Below are positions 34,688 to 45,048 of a stretch of DNA of 64,000 bases, in pieces. The DNA is from an uncultured Nitrospinota bacterium (lineage in GTDB: Bacteria; Tectomicrobia; Entotheonellia; J063; CAVPRW01). The DNA lies in contig CAVPRW010000037.1 of the NCBI GenBank assembly GCA_963707985.1, forward strand, positions 32,001 through 96,000, given 5' to 3'. The notes below the pieces were generated by a model. It was given only the letters and a program-made list of their open reading frames with translations. It made no database searches and had not been told where the DNA came from. Both the position numbers and the translations under genes were made by a program. The stretch's first letter is position 1; the number at the start of each line of letters is the position of its first letter.

Positions 34688-34724
34688 AAGCAGAGAGTAA
34701 CTCACACCATTCGGGAGATGATCC

Positions 34725-35123
34725 ATGCAGAAAGAGGCCTTTTGCGCTCCAACGGTATACAACCCGGTGCGGTATGTCCAGGGGATCAAGACCACTGGTG
34801 GCACGATCGTGTGGATCTCCGGGCAAGTGTCGCAGGACAAAGATGGCCAGGTGGTACACAAGGGCGATTTCGCCGGACAAGCGCGCCAGGCCCTCACTAA
34901 TCTCCAGGCTATGGTCGAGGCCGCCGGCGGGACCATTCAGGATATCGTCAAGGTTAACACCTATCTGACCGACCTGCGCTATCGCGAGGAGTTGGCCCGC
35001 ATTCGTGCCGAATTTTTCCCGGACGGCAAGCTGCCGGTCTCGACCCTGCTCGGCGTCGCCGGCCTCGCCGATCCCGACATGCTGGTAGAAATCGAAGCGG
35101 TCGCGGTGCTGCCGGAGACATAA
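34725..35123 (+). CDS. RidA/YjgF family protein
   Basis: ISGQV, QARQALTNL, LVEIEAVAV. Confidence 0.92.
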   Translation: MQKEAFCAPTVYNPVRYVQGIKTTGGTIVWISGQVSQDKDGQVVHKGDFAGQARQALTNLQAMVEAAGGTIQDIVKVNTYLTDLRYREELARIRAEFFPDGKLPVSTLLGVAGLADPDMLVEIEAVAVLPET

Positions 35124-35237
35124 CCGGGCCGAATGTGGAGAGTTCGATCATCTTGCAGCTGACCGGTGCAGGCGTTGCGCCATGGGTACGTTCGCTAAGA
35201 CGAGAATGAGTTGCAGGGACGGGAAGGAGCAGCAGCG

Positions 35238-35594
35238 ATGTTTTTATTTCGAGTGCTGGTCGCCTGGTTGCTTTCAGCAGCCGCGTTTTTAGGGGTATCG
35301 AAGGTTCTACCAGGCTTTCGCATCGGGAGTTTTGGTACTGCCCTCGTGGTAGCGGCGGTTTACAGCATCTTCTATGTCGTCCTACATTTCATCCTGTTCC
35401 AAATTCTCTGGATCCTGACGATCCCCTTAGTCATCCTAACGCTTGGGATCATCTTCTTCGTGGTCAATGCGATAATCCTGTGGTTTACCAACAAGGTCGT
35501 CGAAGACTTCAGCATCGATACCACCGCGACCTTGCTCATGGCCGCAGTATTGTTGACGATTGCTAACTGGATGATTCGCTTCGTGCTATTTTAG
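35238..35594 (+). CDS. YvlD-like four-TM membrane protein (phage holin family 4-like)
   Basis: ILTIPLVILTLGIIFFVVNAIIL motif. Confidence 0.85.
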   Translation: MFLFRVLVAWLLSAAAFLGVSKVLPGFRIGSFGTALVVAAVYSIFYVVLHFILFQILWILTIPLVILTLGIIFFVVNAIILWFTNKVVEDFSIDTTATLLMAAVLLTIANWMIRFVLF

Positions 35595-35634
35595 TGTGAA
35601 CACAGCCGCCCTCTTCCCCCCACCCTCTTCCAAC

Positions 35635-38600
35635 CTAATCATCCACGCGAGCGCGCTCAATGATGGTGGTCACCTTGGCAAACTCGTGCCGCACGTAGAA
35701 TTCCCAATTGGCCAGGATACGCGTGGCGATCTCGCTCCCGGTCAAGCGCTGGTGGTTTTCGATGAGGCGGCGTAGGTGCGGCTCGTCCTCGGTCGACAGC
35801 CGTTCGACCTTGACGGATTCCGTGTTCAGACGGCCATCGCGATAGGCTTTGAAACCATTGAAGAGATACAACACCCCACTGCGAAAGCCTCCAGCACAGT
35901 TCCAGCCGATGTCCTCCACATCCTCAGCCAGGATGACGACGGTGCCGCGCGTCATGTATTCACACGCATCATCACCGACCCCCTCGACCACCGCCGTAGC
36001 GCCACTATTGCGCACCATGAAACGCAAGGCGGCCTTGCCACGGACGTACATTTCACCGCCAGTCGCGCCATAGCCCGAAGACATCCCCACAACCGCAGCC
36101 TTGTTCGCCGGGCAGGCCAGGTCAGCGGGCGGTCGGACGACGATCAACCCACCGTCCGCCATCGAGTCACCCACCGCATCGTTGGCAAACCCCTCCAGGA
36201 AAATCTGCATGCCACTGTGAATGCCAAAGCCGAGACCATTGCCGGCATGCCCCTTGAGGTGAATCTTGATCGGGAAACGCTGGCCCTCGCGCTCTTTGCG
36301 CAGCCCCAACTCACCCGCCAGGGTGGCACCGAAGGCACGATCGGTGTTGCAAATCTCGTAGGATACCTCCACCGGTCGAGGCGTGTGGGGGTCGAGCGCT
36401 GGAGCAGCATCCTGTAGCAGACGCTGGTTCAGGGGACTGACGGGGAAATCGCGATAGGTCAATTCGCCCACCGGCAGCGGCTTGTGCAACAGATCGTCGA
36501 AGTGAATCCGTCCCATCGTGTGCGGGAGATCCTGGCGCTCGTGCAGCAAATCAGTACGCCCGATGATCTCACGGACGCTGCGATAGCCCATGGCAGCCAG
36601 ATGCTCGCGGATTTCGTGGGCGAAGAATAACAGAAACTTCAGCCCATAGATCGGCTTCCCCTGATACTTCGCAATCAGGTCCTTACGCTGCGTGGCGACG
36701 CCGACCGTACAACCCCCGAGATGGCAGACACGCTGCTGCACGCAGCCGATCGTCTCCATGAAAATCGTCCCCAGCCCGACGGCATCGGCGCCAAGGAGGA
36801 ACATCTTGACGGCATGCAGCCCCGTCTGAATGCCGCCATCCCCCACCAGTTTCGCCTGTGCGCGCAGGCCGCTCTCGGCCAGCACCTGATGCGACAGTTG
36901 CACGCCATACTCCACGGGAAGGCCACCATACTTGATGGTATCGAGTGGCGAGGCCCCGGTGCCACCGCTATGGCCGGCCATCCAGACGATATCGGCCCCG
37001 GCCTTGGCAATTCCCGCGGCGACCATAGCCGCACCCGAGACCGAGACGATCTTCACGGCGATACGAGCGACCGGATTGAGTTGACGCAACTTGTAGATGA
37101 CAGCATTGAGGTCCTCGATGCTATAGATATCTTCATTGTTAAAGGGGGATTGCAACTCCGTCCCGACGTCGACATGGCGTACCTCGGCGATGATGGGCAC
37201 CACCTTACGACCGGGGAGAAGGCCCCCCATGCCGGGTTTTGCCCCCTGTGCAACCTTGATCTGAATCACTCGGCATTGGCGCAGGTACCCCGGCGTCACG
37301 CCGAAACGTCCGGAGGCAAATTGGTGGCTTTGAGGATTGGCATACTCACCGCTGGCCAGCAACTTCATGCGATAGAGGGGAATCCCCCCTTCACCGGTGC
37401 CGATCGTACTGCCCACCAGGTTGTAGGCGATGGCCATATCACGATGCGCGGGATCACTGATCGAGCCGAACGACATGTCGCCGCCGAGCACGCGTCCTTT
37501 GCCGTCGAGGTCCATAAGGATCTTCCATTCCGGCTCGACTTCGTCCAGGGGGATCGGCGATCGATCGGACACGATCTGGAACGTATCTCCGACGGTGATG
37601 GGCAGACGATGGCGAATCACGTCCGTCCAGGCCCGATATTGGTCATAGCCACCGACAACCTCCAGGAAGCTTTCGATGAACTCACGCGGTGGCGTGCGCT
37701 GCGCCAGGAGTTTCATATAGCGTTCTTCTTCGAGCGGCGTCACCGCCAGGACCTTGCGCATCAGCGGCACAAAGACCTCAGGGCTGTTGGCATGGCGCTC
37801 TTTGCCGCGCCGATAGCGTACAAAGCCGTGTTCCGTGAGCTCGGGCGTATCGGTAGGGTCCCAGGCCTCATGATGGATGATGAGAATGTCGGTGAGTAAG
37901 TCCTCCAATGATACTCCCCGCCCGAAGCAGGTCATGTCGGGGAAAAACTCATCCATCACCTCTTTGTCGAGGCCAATCATATCGAATAATTGCGCCGCAT
38001 TGTAGGATGAGGCGACACAGATTCCGAGCGTCGCCATGATACGTTTCAGGCCATGGACAAGTGTTTGACGGAAGTGCTCGCCCTCGGGATCGCTCTTGAG
38101 ATCATCCGATTCTTCGCACAGACGTTGAACCCACTCCAGTGCCAGCCAGGGATGCACCGCATCGGCACCACAGCCGATCAAACACGCGATGTCATGTTCA
38201 AGGCGTGCCATGCCCGTATCGGCCACGAGGCCGACCTGTGGTCGCAAGCCCAACCGGTTGAGGGTCTGGTGCACGCCGCTGACGGCCAGCAACATGTCGA
38301 GTCTCGCCTCTTCGGCGTCCAGGCCGCGATCGGTGAGGATGACGACCCGACAACCCTTTTCGACCGCCTCAGCGGCCTCTCGGTCCAGCTCTTCCAGTCG
38401 CCAGCGTGCCCCGGCCGGCCCCTCATCCGCCGGATAGGTGACCGACAGGGTCGCCACGCGCTCTTGATTGCATAGCCAGGCAAAGCGGGGACCACTGAGA
38501 ATGGGGTCCTCCAGCTCGATGACTTTGGCGTCGTGCTCCCAGAGAATCGACTCAGGGGCGAAAAAGCCGTAGAGTTTGCCGAGGGTGACCCGCGTCGAGA

Positions 38601-40290
38601 ACACATAGGCCTCGTTGTGCGGATCGACGGATGGATTGGTCACCTGGGCGTGTCGGCGTCGGGCGTAGCGCGTCAGGGTCCGTGGTCGCTCGATCACCAA
38701 CGGCGCGATCGGCGTATCGTCCCCCATCGAGAAGGTGGCTTCTTTACCGGTGCGCAGCATGGGGAGAATGAAATACTCGCGCTCGTCGCTATTGGCGCCG
38801 AAGGCGATCAACAGCCGGGTAAAGCGATCGGGATCGATCGCTAAACGGGCGTACGGATCGGTCCCGGAGGGGATGATGCGCTGCTCGGCAATCGCCACCC
38901 ACTTGCGACGACCTCCCAGCTCGCTCTTCAGCTCATTGTCCGGATAGATGCGACCTTCGTCCAGGTCAAGCGCGACAATCTCTCCTGGCCCGAGCTGAAT
39001 CGAATTGGTGATCTCGGCAGCCGGGATCTCTAACGCGCCGATCTCGGAGGACAGGTGGAACAGGCCATCTTTGGTCTCCACATACCGCAGCGGCCGATAG
39101 CCGTTACGATCGCCGTGGGCGATCGCGTAGCGTCCATCGAGGTAGATCAAACCGGCGGGCCCATCCCACGGCTCGCGCATGGCATGTTGCAAACGGTACC
39201 AGGCGCGCAGACCGTCCGCCATGCCAAGACGGCTCTCCCAGGCCTCAGGGATAAGACCGAGGAGCGCTGAGACGGGGTCGACTCCGCAGTGAATCACCGC
39301 CTCCAGCACATTGTTGAGTTGGTAGCTATCGCTGCCATTGGTCAGGAGATCGGCGAAGATCCGCGCCCGCCGGCCGCGCAGCCCAGCCAGGCGCGCCCGC
39401 GTCCAGTTGCGGTTGCCGGAAAGGGTATTGATCTCACCGTTATGGCCGAGCATCGAGAACGGTTGGGCATTGGACCAGAACCATGGCGTGTTGGTGGCAT
39501 AACGCTGGTGATACATCACCGCTGCCACCTGGAAGTCAGGATGGCCGAGGTCGGCCTGATAAAACTCGCCGATCTGGCTGGCGCGGAACATCCCCTTGTA
39601 GACCAACGTAAAGGGAGACATCGAGCACACATGGAACTCACTGATGCCAGCGCGCTTGACCTCTTGATCAATCTGACGGCGGACGCGATACAAAATAAGG
39701 GCGAAGCGATCAGGATGCGAGCGCCGGGCCGTCGGTCGGCCACGATCGGGGTTCTCGATCAGCACTTGCTGCATGTGGGGCAGTGTCTCGCGCGCCATGT
39801 CGCCGAGGATATCTTCGCGGCAGAGGACGTCGCGCCAACCGAGAATGGTCAAATTAAAATCGTCGCAGGCACGCTCGACGATGCGCCGGGCGATGTCCGC
39901 CCGCTCCGGGTCCTGACTGTTGAACACCTGGGCGACACCCCAGGGGCAGGGATCGCCATAGGGAATACGCTGGTCGAAGGCCTGGGCCAGGAAGGCTTGC
40001 AGGGCACCGTGGCGATTGTACAAGAACATCATGCCGGCGCCATCGCTGGTACCAGGGTCATCGGCACTCCTGTGAGTTTCCGCCCCGCGATGGGTCAGGC
40101 ACCCGTGAGCCGTGATGGCATTTTCGAGGATTCGCCGGTTCGGTTCGCCATCGAGACGGGCCAGAACACCGATACCGCAAGCCGCCTTTTGCCAGGCATC
40201 AACGGCGATACGGTGGGTCTCGTAGAAATGTCGCGGCATCGCGAGGTCATGCATCAAACTCGGGGCGTCAACGTCATAGCGCGACAGCAC
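35635..40290 (-). CDS. gltB: Glutamate synthase large subunit
   Basis: ACGIG, HNGEINT, EPWDGPA, MSFGSIS, QIKVAQGAKPG, 3Fe-4S motif CVQQRVCHLGGC, GXGXG C-terminal domain. Confidence 0.96.
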   Translation of the reverse strand: MLSRYDVDAPSLMHDLAMPRHFYETHRIAVDAWQKAACGIGVLARLDGEPNRRILENAITAHGCLTHRGAETHRSADDPGTSDGAGMMFLYNRHGALQAFLAQAFDQRIPYGDPCPWGVAQVFNSQDPERADIARRIVERACDDFNLTILGWRDVLCREDILGDMARETLPHMQQVLIENPDRGRPTARRSHPDRFALILYRVRRQIDQEVKRAGISEFHVCSMSPFTLVYKGMFRASQIGEFYQADLGHPDFQVAAVMYHQRYATNTPWFWSNAQPFSMLGHNGEINTLSGNRNWTRARLAGLRGRRARIFADLLTNGSDSYQLNNVLEAVIHCGVDPVSALLGLIPEAWESRLGMADGLRAWYRLQHAMREPWDGPAGLIYLDGRYAIAHGDRNGYRPLRYVETKDGLFHLSSEIGALEIPAAEITNSIQLGPGEIVALDLDEGRIYPDNELKSELGGRRKWVAIAEQRIIPSGTDPYARLAIDPDRFTRLLIAFGANSDEREYFILPMLRTGKEATFSMGDDTPIAPLVIERPRTLTRYARRRHAQVTNPSVDPHNEAYVFSTRVTLGKLYGFFAPESILWEHDAKVIELEDPILSGPRFAWLCNQERVATLSVTYPADEGPAGARWRLEELDREAAEAVEKGCRVVILTDRGLDAEEARLDMLLAVSGVHQTLNRLGLRPQVGLVADTGMARLEHDIACLIGCGADAVHPWLALEWVQRLCEESDDLKSDPEGEHFRQTLVHGLKRIMATLGICVASSYNAAQLFDMIGLDKEVMDEFFPDMTCFGRGVSLEDLLTDILIIHHEAWDPTDTPELTEHGFVRYRRGKERHANSPEVFVPLMRKVLAVTPLEEERYMKLLAQRTPPREFIESFLEVVGGYDQYRAWTDVIRHRLPITVGDTFQIVSDRSPIPLDEVEPEWKILMDLDGKGRVLGGDMSFGSISDPAHRDMAIAYNLVGSTIGTGEGGIPLYRMKLLASGEYANPQSHQFASGRFGVTPGYLRQCRVIQIKVAQGAKPGMGGLLPGRKVVPIIAEVRHVDVGTELQSPFNNEDIYSIEDLNAVIYKLRQLNPVARIAVKIVSVSGAAMVAAGIAKAGADIVWMAGHSGGTGASPLDTIKYGGLPVEYGVQLSHQVLAESGLRAQAKLVGDGGIQTGLHAVKMFLLGADAVGLGTIFMETIGCVQQRVCHLGGCTVGVATQRKDLIAKYQGKPIYGLKFLLFFAHEIREHLAAMGYRSVREIIGRTDLLHERQDLPHTMGRIHFDDLLHKPLPVGELTYRDFPVSPLNQRLLQDAAPALDPHTPRPVEVSYEICNTDRAFGATLAGELGLRKEREGQRFPIKIHLKGHAGNGLGFGIHSGMQIFLEGFANDAVGDSMADGGLIVVRPPADLACPANKAAVVGMSSGYGATGGEMYVRGKAALRFMVRNSGATAVVEGVGDDACEYMTRGTVVILAEDVEDIGWNCAGGFRSGVLYLFNGFKAYRDGRLNTESVKVERLSTEDEPHLRRLIENHQRLTGSEIATRILANWEFYVRHEFAKVTTIIERARVDD

Positions 40291-40575
40291 AGTGCCTACT
40301 CCTTCGATACACCGTGCCAGCGTCTGCTGCCCTCACCGATGCACTATTACCGAGCAACTAGGCACTGGCGGCCAATTTTATCATCCGACGCGTGGTCCGC
40401 CACTGCTGGAATGGCGCGTCTTTTCTAGCTCCATAATGTGGCATGACTATATACACCGAAATCGGTAGCATGCCAACGATTTTTTGCGCCGTGCCAGAGG
40501 CCGACCATATGAGCGCCGCTGCGTGTTGTGACGAATGAAAGCGCAGTTCTGTGGACTGCCTCATCTGCCTTGGGG

Positions 40576-40638
40576 GCGGAAGTGTATGGTTGGTTCACCG
40601 AGGGGTTCGATACGGTCGACTTGCGGCAGGCCAGGGCA
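40576..40638 (+). pseudogene. C-terminal scrap of an AAA-ATPase/cyclase-TPR protein
   Basis: AEVYGWFTEGFDTVDLRQARA matches the family's terminal motif. Confidence 0.65.
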
Positions 40639-40644
40639 CAAACC

Positions 40645-41223
40645 TTATGCACCAACGATGTCCACTTTGTCGTAGACTTCCGCCAGAGCGAGGTGACAGT
40701 CGATCGAGGGCAGGTGGACGGTGTCGGACAAGCTGTCTGCCTCCGCCAGCAACCAGCGGCTGTCCGCCTGTCGTACGTAGTGCTCAATATGGGGTTTCGT
40801 CTGGGTAATCAAGACATATTCCATCAGGGAATCCAGCTTACGATAGTGGGCGAACTTGCCACCACGGTCGTAGGCTTCCGTAGACTCGGAGAGCACTTCG
40901 ACGATCAGCGTGGGGTTTAGCAAGGTATCTTGCTGGTTGTCTTCGAACCGGGCTTCGCCGCAGACCACGGTAACATCGGGGTAAGTGTATAGACCTGAGG
41001 GACTGATCTTGACGCGCATATCGCTGGGGTAGGTGGTGCAGGGACGCCCCTTGAGTTGTAGGCTCACTTCTCGAAGCACATTCGTCACGATCAGATTGTG
41101 CCATCGGCTGGCGCCGGCCATAGCGAAGATTTCGCCGGCATAATACTCACTCTTACACTGCGCCTGACGCTCCAGGGCTAGATATTCCTCCGGGGTATAA
41201 CGCTGTTGCGTTTGCGAAGCCAT
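40645..41223 (-). CDS. Uma2 family endonuclease
   Basis: YTPEEYLALER, YTYPDVTVVCG, VEVLSESTEAYDRGGKF. Confidence 0.93.
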   Translation of the reverse strand: MASQTQQRYTPEEYLALERQAQCKSEYYAGEIFAMAGASRWHNLIVTNVLREVSLQLKGRPCTTYPSDMRVKISPSGLYTYPDVTVVCGEARFEDNQQDTLLNPTLIVEVLSESTEAYDRGGKFAHYRKLDSLMEYVLITQTKPHIEHYVRQADSRWLLAEADSLSDTVHLPSIDCHLALAEVYDKVDIVGA

Positions 41224-41415
41224 ACGCTGCTCCTTAACATACGTCTGCCGCGTGGAAAACTCAGAGCAGTAAATATACCACAGACGTGCCACACGCCATG
41301 GTGCCGCTCAGATAGCCTCGCAGATGAGCGCCCCGGACCAGCGCTGAAAGACGTTGTCCGGTGCCGCAGGCGTCAGTGCCATCGTGGCTGGCACCCGCAG
41401 CCGGTGGGAACCCGC

Positions 41416-42819
41416 TCACGCCATGGGCTTGACATTCACGTTGTGGCGGAACAGATTCGTCGGATCATACTTGCTCTTCAAGGCTACCAGCCGTTCGTAG
41501 TTTGGTCCAAAGGCGTCCTTGATCCTGTCGGCACCCTCCTCGGCCTCGACTCCCATCTGGGTGATGTATGCCCCGCCACTCCCAAAGGGTTGCATGGCCT
41601 CCGCGAGCGCACGCGTCCAGCCAATATTCAGTCCATCCGCGGCCGGGTCGACCCAGCTCGACTGGCAGCCCCAGTCACACAGGGCATCGCGCTGGCTGAA
41701 GGCGGTTTCTCGCACACCGACACGGTTGGCGGCATTGCCTAATTGTTGGAAGAACACCAGGGTATGCGGTGAGGGAACGTTGGCGAAACGGTTGATCAGT
41801 GCATCGATGGCGTCGTCGCTGATGCTGCGCATGAAGCTCGATTTGAAATAGTAGCGCCGCCCACGCACCGCCGCGGCATCGAGCTGCGTTTGCACCTCGC
41901 GGTAGGCCATCGGACGAATCTGGTCGGCGACCGGTGGGCCGAATTCTCGAAGGGGTCGCAGGACTCTTTCGCCAGCGTCGAGGCTGCCATTGTAACAGAC
42001 GGCAATGACCGCCATCAGGTCGCCATCAGGCGAGGTGAGCAACCCGCCCATGGTGTTCACTTCGTCGGGAATGGCCTTGGCGAAGTCGCGATAGTAGGCG
42101 AGCGCCTCTTTGGCTCTCGTAAAGGGATGGAGCACCATGCCCGCCAATAGCGGCCCGACAGGATGGAGTTGATACTCGAAAGAGGTGACGATGCCAAAAT
42201 TCCCACCGCCGCCGCGCAGACCCCAGAAGAGGTCAGCGTGCTCGGTGGCACTGGCCACGAGCAATTTGCCGTCGGCGGTGACGACATCGGCAGAGAGCAG
42301 ATTATCGCAGCTCAGACCACATTTCCCCGCCAACCAGCCAAGGCCACCGCCGAGGGTGAGACCGGCGATACCGGTATCGGAGACCGAGCCACCGGTAGTC
42401 GCCAGGCCGAAAGCCTGTGTTTCATGATCGAGCTCTCCCCAGGTCACCCCGCCTTCAGCGCGCGCTGTGCGTCGTTTCGGGTCGACCCTGATGCTCCGCA
42501 TGCACGCCAGGTCGATCATTAGCCCCCCGTCGCAGACCGCGTTGCCGGGGATGTTATGGCCGCCACCACGCACTGATACCAGGAGCTGATGGGTGCGGGC
42601 GAAATCAACTGCGCTGATGACATCGGCGACCCCGGTGCAACGGGCGATGAGGCCGGGGCGTTTATCGATCATGCCGTTCCAGACTTTGCGGGCTTCGTCG
42701 TATGCAGCGTCGCCGACACGAAGCAACTCGCCGCGCAGGCTGGTTTTTAAGGTTTCGACCGTGGTGCCTTTGATGACCGTTTGCGAGCCTGCGGTCGTGA
42801 TCAGAGGCAGGTCTACCAT
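41416..42819 (-). CDS. FAD-binding oxidoreductase (BBE-like)
   Basis: VRGGGHN, LFWGLRGGGGNFG, KYDPTNLF. Confidence 0.94.
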   Translation of the reverse strand: MVDLPLITTAGSQTVIKGTTVETLKTSLRGELLRVGDAAYDEARKVWNGMIDKRPGLIARCTGVADVISAVDFARTHQLLVSVRGGGHNIPGNAVCDGGLMIDLACMRSIRVDPKRRTARAEGGVTWGELDHETQAFGLATTGGSVSDTGIAGLTLGGGLGWLAGKCGLSCDNLLSADVVTADGKLLVASATEHADLFWGLRGGGGNFGIVTSFEYQLHPVGPLLAGMVLHPFTRAKEALAYYRDFAKAIPDEVNTMGGLLTSPDGDLMAVIAVCYNGSLDAGERVLRPLREFGPPVADQIRPMAYREVQTQLDAAAVRGRRYYFKSSFMRSISDDAIDALINRFANVPSPHTLVFFQQLGNAANRVGVRETAFSQRDALCDWGCQSSWVDPAADGLNIGWTRALAEAMQPFGSGGAYITQMGVEAEEGADRIKDAFGPNYERLVALKSKYDPTNLFRHNVNVKPMA

Positions 42820-42884
42820 GATGATCCCTCCCTTTCACGATGGCCTGATAGATGTCCACACTTGGTCGACAGACAGCCGCGAAG

Positions 42885-44312
42885 CTACCCCTCGCTCCCC
42901 GGCGCCCGCCGCGTATGCCACGGCGTAGCCTGCTCATAGGCATGGGCCACCTGAAGCAGCGTCGCTTCGGCAAAGGGACGCGCCCCAAGCTGCAAACCGA
43001 TCGGCAAATGATCGCTGGTGAAGCCTCCGGGGATGGAAATTGCCGGCAACGCTGCCAAGGAGAAACAACCCGTATAGGCGCGCCGGAAAAAAAATCGTGA
43101 GCGCACGTCCTCAGCGCCGCTGAATGGAGCCGTCAAGGCGCTGTGCTTGGGCGGCGGAAGTGGCATGGTCGCGGAGGCCAGAATATCGACCTGCTGCAGT
43201 GCCTGCATGCATTGCTGTCGTAGGAGGACACGGGCTTTCATAGCCCGGTTGTACACCTTGGCGGGCACCAGAGCTGCCGCCTGCAGCCGGGTGCGCGACG
43301 CCTGGTCCAGTTCCGCCGCTCGATGCCGCAAGATTTCGTCTCGAGCGCCGGCCCCCTCGGTATCGGCCACTCCCACAAAGATCGCACCGGACAGCGCCAC
43401 GAGCGGGATGGAGATCTCCTGGACTTCTGCTCCAAGCTGGCGAAAAACGCCCAGCGCATCGGAGACGGCTTGCCTGACCTCGGGGTGCATATCGTCGTGC
43501 TCCTGCAGCTCGCGGATGAGGCCGATGCGCAAGCCCCGAATGCTCTGACCCAGTAACGCGGTGTAATCGGGGACGGCCTTATGGCTGGTAGTAGGGTCCT
43601 GTGCGTCGTAGCCGGCGATGGCACCCAACACAATGGCACAATCGCGGACTGTTTTTGTCATCGGCGAGGCAGCGTCGGTGAACCAGCACATGGGGGTCAT
43701 GCCGTAGCGGCTGACCCGGGTAAACGTGGGACGCAACCCAACCGCACTGCAGCAGGATGCCGGCCCACGCCCCGAGCCGCCGGTGTCCTCACCCACTGAG
43801 GCCGCACACAGATGTGCCGCCAATGCCACTCCCGAGCCGCTGCTCGATTCCCCTGGCGTGCGCTCCAGATCCCACGGGTTGCGGGGAATGCCATATGGTG
43901 GTTGCTGCGTGCCTCCCATAGCCAGCTCACTGAGGTTGAGTTTTCCGAGCACAATGGCCCCGGCTTCCTTGAGGCGGGTGACGATCGTCGCATCCTCGGA
44001 CGGTACGAAATCCCGGTACACCCGGGAGCCGTTGGTCGTCAGGATGCCTTTCGTCCAGAATTGATCCTTCACCGCCATCGGTACGCCGAACAGCGGGGGA
44101 AGCGCACCGTCGCGTCGCAATGCCTGTTCCGCCTGGCGGGCTGCCGCCAAGGCGTCGTCTCGCAACACCGTGATGTAGGCGTGCAAGTGTCCATCCAAGC
44201 GCTCGATGCGAGCCAGATACGCCTGCACCACGTCTACGGGCGACACTTGCTTGGTGGCGATGGCTGCAGCGGTCTCAGCGGCCGAAAGGAAGGCGAGATC
44301 GTCGCGGGCCAT
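42885..44312 (-). CDS. Amidase-signature enzyme
   Basis: GVPMAVKD, PGESSSGS, GEDTGGS (Lys-cisSer-Ser triad). Confidence 0.92.
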   Translation of the reverse strand: MARDDLAFLSAAETAAAIATKQVSPVDVVQAYLARIERLDGHLHAYITVLRDDALAAARQAEQALRRDGALPPLFGVPMAVKDQFWTKGILTTNGSRVYRDFVPSEDATIVTRLKEAGAIVLGKLNLSELAMGGTQQPPYGIPRNPWDLERTPGESSSGSGVALAAHLCAASVGEDTGGSGRGPASCCSAVGLRPTFTRVSRYGMTPMCWFTDAASPMTKTVRDCAIVLGAIAGYDAQDPTTSHKAVPDYTALLGQSIRGLRIGLIRELQEHDDMHPEVRQAVSDALGVFRQLGAEVQEISIPLVALSGAIFVGVADTEGAGARDEILRHRAAELDQASRTRLQAAALVPAKVYNRAMKARVLLRQQCMQALQQVDILASATMPLPPPKHSALTAPFSGAEDVRSRFFFRRAYTGCFSLAALPAISIPGGFTSDHLPIGLQLGARPFAEATLLQVAHAYEQATPWHTRRAPGSEG

Positions 44313-44313
44313 G

Positions 44314-44496
44314 CTATTCCTCCTCTGGAAAGAGGGTTACCGGTTGGATGTCTGCGAGGTCGAGCGACGTCAGGCGTGCCAACTCCTGGAGCAAACCGTC
44401 GAATCGGTCGGCAACCTCAGCGATCTCGGATTCCATAATGGGAATGCCCACCAACTGGGCAAGTTCGCGAACACGATCTACCTTGGATAGAGCCAT
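44314..44496 (-). CDS. GatC/AtzG-like small amidase partner
   Basis: VRELAQLVGI...LQELARLTSLDLADIQP; stop lies 1 nt before the amidase ATG. Confidence 0.75.
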   Translation of the reverse strand: MALSKVDRVRELAQLVGIPIMESEIAEVADRFDGLLQELARLTSLDLADIQPVTLFPEEE

Positions 44497-45048
44497 GGCT
44501 TTCTCTCTCAGCACGTATTCTGCCCAGAACCGACAATCTCACGATACGAAGGGTGTGAAGTCGAGCCCCGGAAACGGTCAAACGGCTCAAGAAGCGGGTG
44601 CGGGAGATCACCCGGCACACAACGTGGTAGGCAACCCATGGCAGGTCTATGTCCGAGGCCGTACACCTCTCCTGCTGCCTCACAAGGTGGTCACCGCCAG
44701 GGCGACGCGCATGGCGCTGGACAATGTGGTTCAGTGGGTGCAGCAAGACCATCTGGATAATGCGCAGGCCCATCAGCTAGTGCAGTAAATCGAGCCATAG
44801 GTCGCGCCGCCACCAGTGCAAATCTGGATGATAGAGACCCCAGAAACGCAGGTGGTTTACGGACTGTGGTGCCAGCGGACCCAAAATTCACCTATGTGGT
44901 CCAGCCCTGTCCTACATGTTCTAGCGGTCCTGACGGGACCGTGGGTTGAAGCTTCAAGATCCTCCTGCCAGTCCGAAATATCTGGCGATCGCCAAGATCA
45001 CCACCACTCCCCCTACCGCTGCCAATAGGTCCCAGCTCATACGTCCTC

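Noticed and set aside
35238..35594. Prophage inferred from a holin-family gene
   Set aside because: This is a common chromosomal membrane protein family and there are no phage genes nearby.
36721..40428. Long plus-strand ORFs opposite gltB (and similar ones opposite the GH88-like and LLM genes)
   Set aside because: Antisense shadow ORFs are expected from high-GC codon bias.
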